From contig NMRA01000194.1 in assembly GCA_002633005.1 (NCBI GenBank), positions 499,074 through 563,073 of the forward strand: a stretch of 64,000 nt of DNA. Direction: 5' to 3'. The position numbers and the translations under genes were made by a program. Source of the stretch: Phoronis australis. Taxonomy: Eukaryota > Animalia > Phoronida. Numbering within the stretch: position 1 is the stretch's first letter; each line of letters begins with the position of its first letter. The notes below the pieces were generated by a model that was not told the DNA's origin, did no database searches, and saw only the letters and a list, made by a program, of their open reading frames with translations. Shown here piece after piece: positions 10,001 to 21,327 of the stretch.

Positions 10001-12027
10001 TTATGTGCATTAGCTCTCATATTCACCGAAATGTTGAAAGATAAAAAAATAAAAAGTCAATATTAGTCATTTCAACCATTTCCAATTAAAAAAACAAATC
10101 AATGCTTTTTGTTACAAACTCCATAAGCACAGTTGGCAAAACTGTGGTAATTTAATTTTTTGATGTGGCCATCTTAAATACAAACACTGACATATGAGAC
10201 TAAGGTGTAGTGGCCAGTTTACCCACCAGTTTCATTGTCGACCATGAAGTTGTCCCAATCAATTTCTTCTTCTTGGTCACTTGACTGAGACGGTGTTTCT
10301 GTCTGCTTTTGCTGTTCAAGCTCCCGCTCTTTTTCCAACTCTTGTCTCAGGTTGGCGTCGAAACCATCTCTGCCAATACCCAGGTCAATATCTTGGTGCC
10401 ACAGAATTTCTATCAAGTCCATATCCTGGAAAAAATATGAATTTATTTAATTACTAAGTCAATGCCACATGGCTGCTGGAGAGTAGGTCATGCGGACCAG
10501 AAATAGGTTTACTAATTCACCATTGGCCACCCACTCCTTGATACAATGCTATACGCTTATGAACCTTTGCTAAAGAATGGTCTCCATTTGATAGTAACAA
10601 TAAAATGTTTGTAAGTGTACACAATGTATATTAAGAGTGCAGCTATGACGCCCTTTTAAAAATCCAGAATTAAACATTTTAAGTCCAAAAGATCAACACA
10701 GCATGGCTGGAATGTGTACATTAGAATATTTGCACTCAGTTTTTAGCTTGACTACACCAACACAGACAGTACAAGCCAAACAAGAGACACCAGCAAGAGG
10801 TGGTGTTAAGGAAATAAAAAGGTCAGGGGAAAGGTCATGACCTTACATTATGAAACACATCATGTGATGCATGGATGTTACCAGCTGCTAGATATGTTTA
10901 TCTTATCACCTGGTAATACTTTATGTAACACATAGTGGGATAAGAAAGGGATCTTGCAGAACCGCAAATTCCCTGAGAAAGATCCCATGTCAAAGCGGTA
11001 TTTATATATAATGAACAACTACAGTGAATTCATACAGAGTGGATGCCACACACTGTAACAAATCAAGATAACAAATCTCATGAGATCAGACTCATAATAT
11101 TCCTTATAGTGAGTATGATAGGATATTTTCCATTACCGAAAAAGAATCAAAACCATCAGCAGCTCGAGATAATGCTTCAGAGTGTATTGAGGTTGGCCAA
11201 CCCCAAAACAGTGTAAATTCAGAAATGGCACACGTATGCATTGGCACAAATATCTCCCGATGTTCGTGGCTTTTTTAAGGAACAGTTGTAAGTGGTTTTA
11301 AGTAGACAACAACATACGTTGGGTTGAATGTTAATTAAACATTAATCAAGTTTAACTATCAACAAACTCTGCCTTCAATATCAGAATCATTGAACAAGCA
11401 ATGCTGAAAGCAATCCATCAATAAAATTGTGGCATTAAACTCAGCCCCACATTTCCTTGAGTGAGCTTTGGACTTTACCTCCTTGGTGAGTTCTGAGCCG
11501 GCCTGTCCATCACTGGACTCAACTACACCACCAACAATTTGCGTCGTTTCACTTTCATTATGCACCGTACTCTCCACATTTTCTTGAGTTACAAGACCAG
11601 ATGATTGACTACTACTATTATTATTGTTATTATTAACTTCCGTGGACACTGGTGCAACCGCTTCTGCCACTGCGGGAAGCTCATACGATTGCCCGTCAAC
11701 AAGCCAGGCGGAGATAACATTTTCATTAGTGTGCCAGCTATGCACATGATCTGGACCCAGTTGTTGAATATCTTGGAACACATCAAGCCAGTAGCTATCC
11801 ACAGATTTGGGATGAATGTGGCCAATACCATCAAACGAGTTGTACACATTCTGCGAGTGAAAGTTGGTTAACGTGTACGCATAGGTTTGTCCCAGCATGA
11901 TTTCCTGGACTTCTGGATATGTGGATATTCCGGAGTTTAGCAAATTATTAAGATCTGTTCTCAGAAGGCTCAGTACAATCGCCAACTGAATTAGGCTGTC
12001 GCTGAAACACTTCTTCATTGGAATCAT
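6370..12027 (-). CDS. NFE2L1: Cap'n'collar bZIP transcription factor (Nrf1/Nrf2/CncC family), ER-anchored Nrf1-type isoform, 788 aa
   Basis: complement(join(6370..7054,7296..7503,8018..8227,8647..8938,9222..9362,9667..9749,10227..10425,11479..12027)); 2367 nt, all GT-AG and phase-consistent. NHB1-like [19 protein letters not shown]2-like SAWLV, LTKE|[21 protein letters not shown]|[31 protein letters not shown], Neh3-like DGSLLLVP. The invertebrate gene is probably co-orthologous to NFE2L1/2/3. Confidence 0.95.
7296..7503 (-). CDS. NFE2L1: Nrf exon 7 (DSAVS degron-like motif, LEGATG)
   Basis: CACAG|[24 protein letters not shown]...[12 protein letters not shown]...NGF|GTGAGG. Confidence 0.9.
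8018..8227 (-). CDS. NFE2L1: Nrf exon 6
   Basis: CAG|[15 protein letters not shown]...FNLDS|GTGAGT; 210 nt, phase 1-1. Confidence 0.85.
8647..8938 (-). CDS. NFE2L1: Nrf exon 5 (SLEQRW motif and NST-like region)
   Basis: CAG|[30 protein letters not shown]...YFNS|GTACGT. Confidence 0.88.
9222..9362 (-). CDS. NFE2L1: Nrf exon 4
   Basis: TAG|AISQMDVLG...[14 protein letters not shown]|GTGAGG; 141 nt, phase 0-0. Confidence 0.82.
9667..9749 (-). CDS. NFE2L1: Nrf exon 3 (completes ETGE)
   Basis: TTTTCCAG|GC GAG GTC ATC gives (G)EVIPAHP...NDTEQ; donor GTGAGT. Confidence 0.88.
10227..10425 (-). CDS. NFE2L1: Nrf exon 2: Neh2-like DLG motif to ETG
   Basis: TTTTTCCAG|GATATG; [16 protein letters not shown]...MVDNET; donor GTGGGT, phase 1. 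Confidence 0.95.
11479..12027 (-). CDS. NFE2L1: Nrf exon 1b: Nrf1-type N-terminal ER-targeting domain (183 aa)
   Basis: GCCATG start; [22 protein letters not shown] resembles Nrf1 MLSLKKYLTEGLLQFTILLSLI; ends LTKE then GTAAAG, phase 0. Confidence 0.93.
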
Positions 12028-12526
12028 GGCTCTAGTAAACTTTCCGTTGTTGTCTTCCGTTTCGATTGATCAGTCCGTCTGGCACAAAGCCCTTTGTTTA
12101 CAGCTAAATCAGACCAGCAACCAATTATCTCGCACGATCACGACACGGGCACGATATTTTACGTCACTGTCTTTAGAATACACAAAATCTACTTTAGTTT
12201 GGTAAGTCAACACAAAATAGCAGTATCCAAAATCAGGTGAGACCAACGTGGCACATCCTCATGAAATCATTACTATAGTAGAACTGATTACTCATTCGCG
12301 CCAGGGTTCGGACATCCAGGAATATCCCAACCTAGGACCGAGCCCAAACAAAAGAACTTTCCAGAATGAAAATGAAAAGAAGAGGAAAAAACATCCCCTG
12401 CATCGTTTACCACCACTATTCGTCCCTGGAAACCGGAAAAGGGTTCGTCCAATTATGATTTCTGTCAGATATGAACAAGCGCTACACACGAAGAAATGTA
12501 ATATAGCGCGTTTGTCTTCTCTCGTT

Positions 12527-12577
12527 TTGCATCAGCCATGAAATGATTCAGCAAATTTCTCCAAGGCGATGACGTCA
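12527..12577. promoter_or_regulatory. bZIP site cluster: CARE/ATF4 (TTGCATCA), ARE-like (ATGATTCAGCAAA), CRE (TGACGTCA)
   Basis: Motifs at 12527-12534, 12543-12555 and 12570-12577, ~500 bp upstream of the Nrf1-type ATG. Confidence 0.55.
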
Positions 12578-13110
12578 CAACACTGATAAGCACATGCGCC
12601 GTGAAAACCACAAGGTCACAAAATATGGGTCAAAGTGATTGCGTAATAAACAAACCAACAACAGATAGAAATTGAGATAAACTGAGTCTAACACAACACA
12701 ATTTTAATGCAGTCTTTGATGTTAGCTCGTCTACTTGAGCTCCTTTGGAGCTCATAAACCAACATTGACCATGAACCATTGAATCAGCGTCTTGTGACTG
12801 ATGTATTGAAGTTGATTGGGCTTCATCACCGCCCACCGTGCTAAAGCGCGCAGCAAAGACCATCAAAACGACTCTTGCAAATATTACAAACTGAGCACAG
12901 CGAACAGTAAAACAGATTCATTACACACCAACGAAAAAGACTATTTGATCCGCCGTCATTTGTTCAAGGTCTTGCGGCCGGGCACGATCAACCCACTATG
13001 AGCGCCAGCCAAAGAGCAGACTTCATTTAGTTGTCAGATCTACGCCCCTCGATATCATTCTGTTTTGAAGAATATATTAACCGATAAAAATACACGAGAT
13101 GTATACTTAC

Positions 13111-13164
13111 AAGACTTGCCGTTTCTCCCGAAACATCAAAAACAGGGGGATATTCTATTTCCAT
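13111..13164 (-). CDS. Candidate alternative first coding exon 1a (Nrf2-like N-terminus MEIEYPPVFDVSGETASL)
   Basis: GAAATGG Kozak context, 18 codons ending exactly at a GTAAGT donor in phase 0, in frame with exon 2; no upstream ATG after the Inr; the isoform would be 623 aa. Confidence 0.7.
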
Positions 13165-13242
13165 TTCTAACCTCGTCCCTTGCTTCGCCTGGATTGCTGG
13201 CTTGTTTGATCAGTAGTCTATCAATTGCGCACGCGTGTTACA

Positions 13243-13273
13243 GAATGACGTCACGACGGACTTCTATTTATAG
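13243..13273 (-). promoter_or_regulatory. Core promoter for exon 1a: TATA (TATAAATAG) and Inr (TCATTC) overlapping a CRE
   Basis: Minus-strand TATAAATAG at 13272-13264 (also a MEF2-type CTATTTATAG); TCATTC at 13248-13243; TGACGTCA at 13246-13253. Confidence 0.55.
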
Positions 13274-14544
13274 TATCTAGCAAATAAACTTTATTGTTAT
13301 GAAGTTTTGAACTTACAGTTGGGTCAAGCGAAACGTTCCGAGAAACGCTCTCATCAGTCTGTCTTGATCACTATAGATTGACCGATTGATCAACACGACT
13401 CGCACACTATGTCAGAAGTATTTTTAAACTGAAGTTAAAACTTTCTGTACACGTAGTAGACCTTACCTGACAACGAATCGGAAGCTCAATTAACAGGCTG
13501 GCGCGCCCCGGCCCGGGCAGCGCGGATCCAAGGTTTTGATCAGGAGAGTCCTACAATTGGGACAAACTCAGAGGTTCTTGAGGTTAATCCCTTGCAGCAA
13601 TTAATGTAAAGGTAAATGAACAGGGAGGTCGGGGGTGTACTGACACGGCCCCCATAGACCTAGTCTCCGGTCCTGAAACTCATAGTGAAGCCGTCATAAG
13701 AAAAAGTTGGACGTGGACTGGAAGAGTCAAGCGCTCGGTGACCTCAGGGCAGTCACTGACACCACCAAATTCCGCACACTTGTGGCATCCAGGTGACTGT
13801 CGGTAATTACGGATCAACTTATAGTTGGTAGCTTCATTTGCTTGATTAAGTTGGCCGTTGCAGGCGTGCCTGTGACGCAAACGTACCGTGAGTGGGGACC
13901 CGCGACTCGAGAGAGTGGCCATGCAGGTACCATCCTGGTAGCGGGCAGCAGGATGCCTGTAGGTGCTTGCAGCCTCGGTGTCTGGCGCTGAATGTCCCGC
14001 TGTCACTTAGCTTCCTAACTGGCAGTCATAGGCTGGGACCCGCGGCAGTAAATTAAGCAGTGTGCAGGCCCACCCGGTCGTGTGGATACGTAGGCCTAGA
14101 CGCCCTGGCCACGGGAAAACGCTGTCATGTCACCATGCAATTAGTACACGGCAACCCGTGACTGCCTTGTGCGTCAGTTCCGCGGAGGGCCGTACGTGGG
14201 AACGAGCGGGGAGATAACCCCTACAAGAAACAGCTCAGTGCTGTCTATTGAGTTGTAGTGACTCGTCCAGGAGCAGGATACATCCAGAGTCAGCCGGAGT
14301 CTCTAACTGAGGCGGTTTATCGTTGCCCCACGACGTCATTCCGGCAGTGCGACGGCTGATGCCAATATTACCGGTTTTGCCGATCGTTTCCGCATCCTAT
14401 TCAGTGACGTGGTGGGTGAGCCGGGAGTGTTGCTGCTACATGGCCTGCAGCTGCACTTCCATCACTTTCTTGCCCAGGCTGCAGATGAACATCGCAGACA
14501 GACACGTACCTGGAAGCCCACTGCGTTCACTTCACACCCATTAA

Positions 14545-16185
14545 AGGAGAATGCCACCCAAAAAACAACCTATTTTGTATCAATTTGGGTCGAGTAGTTC
14601 TACTCGATAACGGCAGGTTCGGTTGCGTTACCTAACACCTGACGGCAGACGGAGGTTTTGAAATTATCCAATGACGTAATTGGTTTCACACGCAGTCTGT
14701 TCAGCAGTTCACAACACGGGTTAGTGAATTCAGCTTATTGCTTGAATTCATCGTTTAACACCAATAAATCATCAAACTTCGATGTAAAACCCTTAAAAAT
14801 ATACCGAGTTCTTATAAAAACCTGTAGTTTTATTTTGCTGTTACGGATTTACTGGTATTTGGACACACCGTAGCCTACAAACTTTCGGTAGGCCAATTTA
14901 CCAAGGTCCGTAGCAGGAGTTTGGGGTCTGTTCGGAGATAAATTCGAAGTCTTCTTCCGTGAAAATACAGACAGGAGAACCTAGATCTGTGTGATTTTTT
15001 GAGTTCTAAACACACAAAACGCGTGTTATCCCGGCCAGTGGCTCGGAACCCGATCAGGCCCGTCGCGGCCGCCGGGACTGGCACGAACATAAACCAGCTT
15101 GAGTTGGAAACTAAGCCTCCAGTCACGAAAAGACTATAATAGTGAGCCAAAGAAATAATGAGCACGTAATTATTTATGTGAATTAGCCCGTGACGAAATG
15201 ACTTACTTGTCGGGGGCCGCGAAGTCGGGTTCCGTTTCCACAGACCGTCAGGGCAAAGGTTGTACAGTAACAATGATTTGAATAATGTATTTATATTTCT
15301 TAATAAAAATTCCCATAAAATATGTGACAATAGCATATAAAATCGAGTAATTGTTTCACAACAGCTTTCTGTCAGCAAACACTGAATTAGCATGCGCTCA
15401 CACGGCCTCGGTGCCCGGTCAATTACCTTTGTTGCCGACATCAAAAGCCGGTAACGCAGTGGTTTATTCATTGCTGGCTTCTCAAAACATATGCACTCAC
15501 GAGCACTCCAAGGCATTACAAATTGTATCTAACGAGACTGACTTTGTTTCACTTTCATATAAGCTGCATTGGTTAGGATCATTTTAGGATGAGAATAATT
15601 CATTTTGAAACAGAACGCAGAATAATATACGTCTACATTGCAACTCGCCCGGCGCCAATCCCGACTTAGTCAAGAGCTCATCTGACGAAGACTTCACAGA
15701 TGGATCGTTAGGTTTCACAGGCTATCAATTCGAACCGCAATACACTGATCAAGCAATACTGGAGAGGCGCCGTGAACATGCACAGGCAACGGAACGTATG
15801 GATAGTTCTTTGGTAAACGGCAGAGAAATCATTGTCGACGAAATGCCGGCCACAGACACAGAGATGTTTCACGGCGTCCTCATACTTGCTATTAACAGCA
15901 TACCTTTCATTCTTCACTACCGCGAGCCACTTCCTAAGCATTTCGGGCTCTCGAAGAAGTCAAAGAAACGGTATACCCACTTCTGCGCAGCGTCATAGTT
16001 CGGACAAGCGGGAACCGATGCACCGCAATACAGCGGCATTCACTCTGCAGACGAACCACTGACGTCGCTGTGTCGCTTCTCACCTTCCTCACAGGTTTAC
16101 GCGACACCTCTCGGCAAGGTGAGGTCGACCGTATAAGAGGCGATGTGGATATAGACCGATTAAGACCGTCGGGTGGCATTCTCCT
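14545..16185. mobile_element. Non-autonomous Kolobok-like DNA transposon, copy A, with THAP-domain relic
   Basis: TIR AGGAGAATGCCACCC/GGGTGGCATTCTCCT, TTAA TSD on both sides; frameshifted minus-strand MP..C...C.N...W...VCGRHF at ~16039-15820. Confidence 0.85.
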
Positions 16186-19100
16186 TTAATTTTCTCACCG
16201 CTCTTCTGGCACATTCGAAACAACAATAGAACTTTACTCAAATCAACGACAGTTCTCAACCGATTCCTCAACCTATTCACTATATACGTGGGACGACTCA
16301 CTGTCCTCACTTGGCGATGAGCTGGGCCTGTAGGCCTACTCACTGCCACTAATAACCATCACTGCTGGGCTGTTCTGTAGTGGACTGGAAACACCACCAG
16401 CACATAGTGAAACTGTGCTGGTTGTTGGCCTTGGGCGCTGCGGGCAGCTGCCGTGACACACGAGTGACACCAGATTTCTGGCTTTGAGTAACTGCAGTGA
16501 CAGCAGCTCACATAGCTTCCCGTGTAAAAACGAAATTCGAGCATGTGTTGAGTGAAGGAGCCAGATCCCGATAACGAAGAGCATAGCACCCTTCTTGAGA
16601 CTGTGTTTCGGAGGTTCCTTCATGGTCTCTACGCCAAATGTCCGTTTCGCGATCTGACGGTACAAAATGTTTTCCGTATAAGTCTGATGATTTTGCTTGC
16701 GTGAGCAGCTAGGTAACGTCGGATCTTCACTCGAAGGAGACAACTTCGACGTATCTAGTCACCCACTGAGAAAATCTGTAAAACGTGACACCTGTACCGT
16801 GCCAAAGAATTTTACGATAACACTTGGCTTACCTTAAAATCCTACTGCTGCCCGGTGGTTTGGTAATTGACCCAATTCTGTCGCACACCCAGCAAAATTA
16901 ACGAGGAACATATTATTGCAACATTAAAAAAACGTTTAAGGTTGTAAAAGTCATCCTCATCGTGTGCTTTTCACGAACTATTCATACATACTATTTACAA
17001 TGTTTCAAAACGAAAATTTAAAAATTGCTGAACTGTTGTCGCCCCCAATCTGTTTATGTTGGGTCTCATTGTCTAGAGAACGATAACATCAACAGCCTGG
17101 GACGATTTAATTAACCACAACCCCATGGTGTACCTCATCTAAACCGGCAGATTCTGAGGTGCGCAAACCGGTCGAGTTACCCAATCTCATGACTCGTTGG
17201 AAGCTCCTAATATGATACGTGTATCTCGGCTCGCAACAACCTGCGGGCATACTGAATAAGACATTGGCAGAGGTGAATAACGATATAATTTGTTGCAACC
17301 TAATAAACATTCGATGTCAAACAAAGTGCATGATAACAAAGATGGGATGAAATGATCTGGACCACGGACGTTACATCCGGAGTTACGCATGCCAAATTAA
17401 TTAGAACACGGGAACTTAATTTAACTTACGAGAATTTTTCTAGGATAACAAAAATATCGTGTTTTAACTAAAAATAACCATAAAATAATCGTCTTTCCTT
17501 TAGTCTTATGTCCCTTTCGAGTCATGAAACAGATCCATGGGGTAATAGGAAGATCGAATACGCTACGTGCATATTGCAAATCTTTTGATTCTTTTCATTT
17601 TTTTCTAATTGGGTTACAAACGTGTATACTTTCTTACGAACCCTCATATCTATTGATCAATCACTGGCGTAGACAAGCGAAGAGAATACTGAAGCCACGC
17701 CCCCGTTCATTGTAAATGACCCTCCCTCAGTAGGCGAAGCTCATTTCAATATTTCAATTTTACGCTTAATTTTCCTGTTTATGGGAAGGTCCGCATAGGT
17801 TGCCATTCATTTCCGCACCCGACCCCTCCCCTACCCCGGCGTTTGACACCCCCTCTGTTCCTTACGTCTGGCTCTGCCAGCGTAGACACGAGTTTCACGT
17901 AAGAGTGACCTTTTCCACGGAAGTCACGTGTCTTCCAAAACGACGCCCTTCAGGGCCCGGCTATATAAAAGTTACACGCCGTATAGCAACGACGTTGCGT
18001 TATCATGCACCACGTTTGTTATTGTTGAACAATGCACCTGACATCATACAACAATCAAACTTATCCACCGGATAATTTTAAAGTTTTATACAACCCAGCC
18101 CTGGTGTTTTCTGGACGAGACACAAGCAACTGTCGTCAAAACCGACTATACCTTGCGGCGCAACCATTGCTTGGAGAATGTGACAACACTTCAGCAATCT
18201 CAGGATACTACAACTTTCCCATCAGGGAAATCTCTGATACGGAATTTCTGTAACTGTATCATACAGGGCGATTTCACAGAAATCGAGAAAAATGCAAACA
18301 CAAAAATGAAAATTCATTCATGCCGTCGTTACTAGGCATAAGTCAACTGTAACAGCCCCTTAGGGACCCTCGCCCATTCAGTTATACTTTGCTGGGGATG
18401 GGCGTCATTTCAGGAGTTAAGAATTCAGTCTTGCCGCAAGAGACAGAAAGCTGTAATGAGCCATGGCGAATGCACTTGAGGAACATTTTTGAAAATGCGC
18501 TCTTTGGCAAGAGAGGGAAATTATGGAAATTGGCGTGTATGGTTTTATCAAGATCTTTTGTCCCGTATGATAACAAGCAGGCCAATTATCTCCCAGGCTT
18601 CAATGGAAACGTATGGTGGTTGCACGCTATTACCGAACGCGAGCACAGTCAAACCCAGTGCGTTGGTAACCCGTTTGGACAGAATAGATTGTCTTAACTT
18701 CTGTTGTAGTTGGTCGATTTTGGTGATTCAAAAACGGAACATAATGAGCATTTGACGAGGAATTCAGAAATGCTATTGGTTTAAGCTCAAATATGTAACT
18801 TAATTTTTTTTATCAGCCCAGCCCAGCCAGGCTAGATACGATCTGATCGGAGATTAGAGCAATTATCGAACAAAAGAGCGCAGGCCCTCCAACCATAAAT
18901 GCCAGAATGGAGTTAATCAGTCGTGTAAGATATTGGCTACGGGGGTAAACTTCCCAACTTGTTGTTGGACTATAGAATCGAACAACATGGGAGCAACGGG
19001 ATGTCGCCGCCATGATATACATGATATTTACACTAGACACGAGGCTACAACTGAGAAGAAATCTAGCAGGCCACAATTTGGCCTAAATTGTACAAACTCA

Positions 19101-21303
19101 AATATAGCCCTTGGTAGTTGCAATGCCTGCAGAAACAATAGATAACGTGTGTAGTTTTCATAATTGAAATAGATTGGAGTTGGTTAACAATATTTACCAA
19201 CGTTGACACCGGCTTAGTCCTGTGACCCGGCAGGCCGGGTGCGGCCTGTTCCATGTACCTACCTGATATACAGGAGAAAACGTTAGTCTTCTTGATATAT
19301 CGCCAGGCATTACAAGCACACATGATGTTTTTTAAAATATGTTCACATATGATTGTGAACAATGTAATGTACAATTATTGGAATTAAGCTAAGGTGCCAG
19401 ATATATAGCCTTAAAGGAGAACGCCACCCGATTTAATTAGTCTTTTTTGCCGTCTTAATCGGTCTATATCCACATCGCCTCGCATACGGTCGACCTTACC
19501 TTGCCAAGAGGTGTCGCTTTAACCTGTGAGGAAGGTGAGAAACGACGCTAGTGACGTCAGTGGTTCATATGCAGAGTGAATGCCGCTATGTTGCGGTGCA
19601 TCGTTCCCGCTTGTCCGAACTAAGCAACTGCGAGGAAAGCGGGCATATCGTTTTTTTACTTCCTCGAGAGTCCGAAATGCTTAGGATGTGGCTCATGGTA
19701 GTGAAGAATGAATTGTACGTTGTAAATAGCAAGTATGAGGCCGTGAAACATCTCCGGGTCTGTGGCCTGCAGACGTCGAGAGTGCCTGACGAATGCCGGC
19801 TTACCAAATAACTCCATACGTTCCGTTGTCTGAACTTGTTCACGGCGCCTCTCTAGTATTTCTTCATCACTGTATTCCTGTTCGAACTGATAGCCTGTAA
19901 AACTTAACGATCCACCTGCGAAGTTGGGATTGATGAGCTCTAGCTCGTCCTAAGTAGGGATTGCGAGTTGCCATGTTGGCGTTTATCACTGAGCGTTCTG
20001 TTTCAAAATGAATTATTCTCACCCTAACCAATACTTATATAAAACTGTAACAAAGTCTTTCTCATTAGATGCAATTTGTAATGCCTTTGGAGTGTTCGTG
20101 ATTGCAAATGATTTGAGAAGGCAGCAATGAATAAATCACTGCGTTACCGGCTTTAGGTGCAATAAAACTAATTGACGGGACACCGAGGCCGTGTGAGCTT
20201 ATGCTAATTTAGTGTTTGCTGGCAGAAGCTATTGTGAAACAATTCGATTTCCATGCCACGGCCAGGTGTTAGGGGAATCTTTATTTACATTTACAATACT
20301 CAAATAATGATTGTCAATGTACAACTTCTGCCCTGACGGTGCTGTGGCCATGCAAAGCGGAACCTGAATTCGTCGGCCCCCGACGAGTAAGTAGATTTGC
20401 AGTTTCGTGGCTAATTCACCAACATATGGCTCACTAGTATAGTATTTTCTTGACTGGAAGTTTAGTTTCCACTGAACTTTGGCTGGTTTATGTTCGTGAT
20501 GTCTGATCACTTTCCGAGCCGCTGTCTGAGATAACGAGTCAATCCGACCAGCCGCGACGGGCCTGATCGGGTTCCGAGCCACTGGCCAGGATAACAAGCG
20601 TTTTGTGTTTAGAACTAAAAAAATCACAAGTCTAAACAACACAGATCTAGGTTCTCATGTCTGTATCTCACGGAAAATACTTCGAAATGATCTTCGAACA
20701 GATCCAAACTCCTGCTACGGACCTTATTGGCCTGCCGAACTTTGTAGGCTACGGTGTGTCCTAGTCTCCTACACAGACCCACGAGATTGGTTGGGGTCTG
20801 CTACAGCGCACCTTTCCATGTGCATTCTTGGAATATCATTGGCTGTTCCGATTTCAAGAAACAAGGCATTCTATTGGTCAGTTGAATAATAGGTCAAACT
20901 AGTTCACCAACATGGCGACTTCCAGTAAGGGAAGAATGTCGATGGATTTATAGCTGTTTAAATCTCTCTGTTCTCGTCACACTACCGCATTTCAAAGCTA
21001 ACGAGTCAAGGAATACATCAGCAGTAACGTATACGAAACATTTAATGATAATTATTATCTTGTATACTATGCTGTATTCTGAATTGATGTGACATTTTAC
21101 GAAATAATTTGTGGAAGAGATAGCCATTAGCTGATTAGGCCATTCACAACAACAGTCATTTTAGGCACACTATAGCACCGAATAGCGGGAAAGGAGTAGC
21201 TAAGTGGTCACGGAAGATTGCCTCGATCTTTTCAGGGCACACCCTCTCGTATGTTAACATGTTCATGTGCGTTATGTAAGCTCCCGTGAATTATTGGGTC
21301 AGA

Positions 21304-21327
21304 CTAGGAACCAATATTGGTTCCTAG
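21304..21327. repeat. Perfect 24-bp palindrome flanked by 7-bp direct repeat GGTCAGA
   Basis: ggtcaga-CTAGGAACCAATATTGGTTCCTAG-ggtcaga. Confidence 0.85.

Noticed and set aside
13461-13470. Another strong minus-strand donor (CAG|GTAAGG) upstream of Nrf
   Set aside because: No supporting ATG, promoter elements or homology could be seen; it cannot be told from chance without RNA data.
14875-15516. 213-aa minus-strand ORF as a host gene
   Set aside because: It lies inside the Kolobok-like element, is not intact in copy B and has no recognisable domain.
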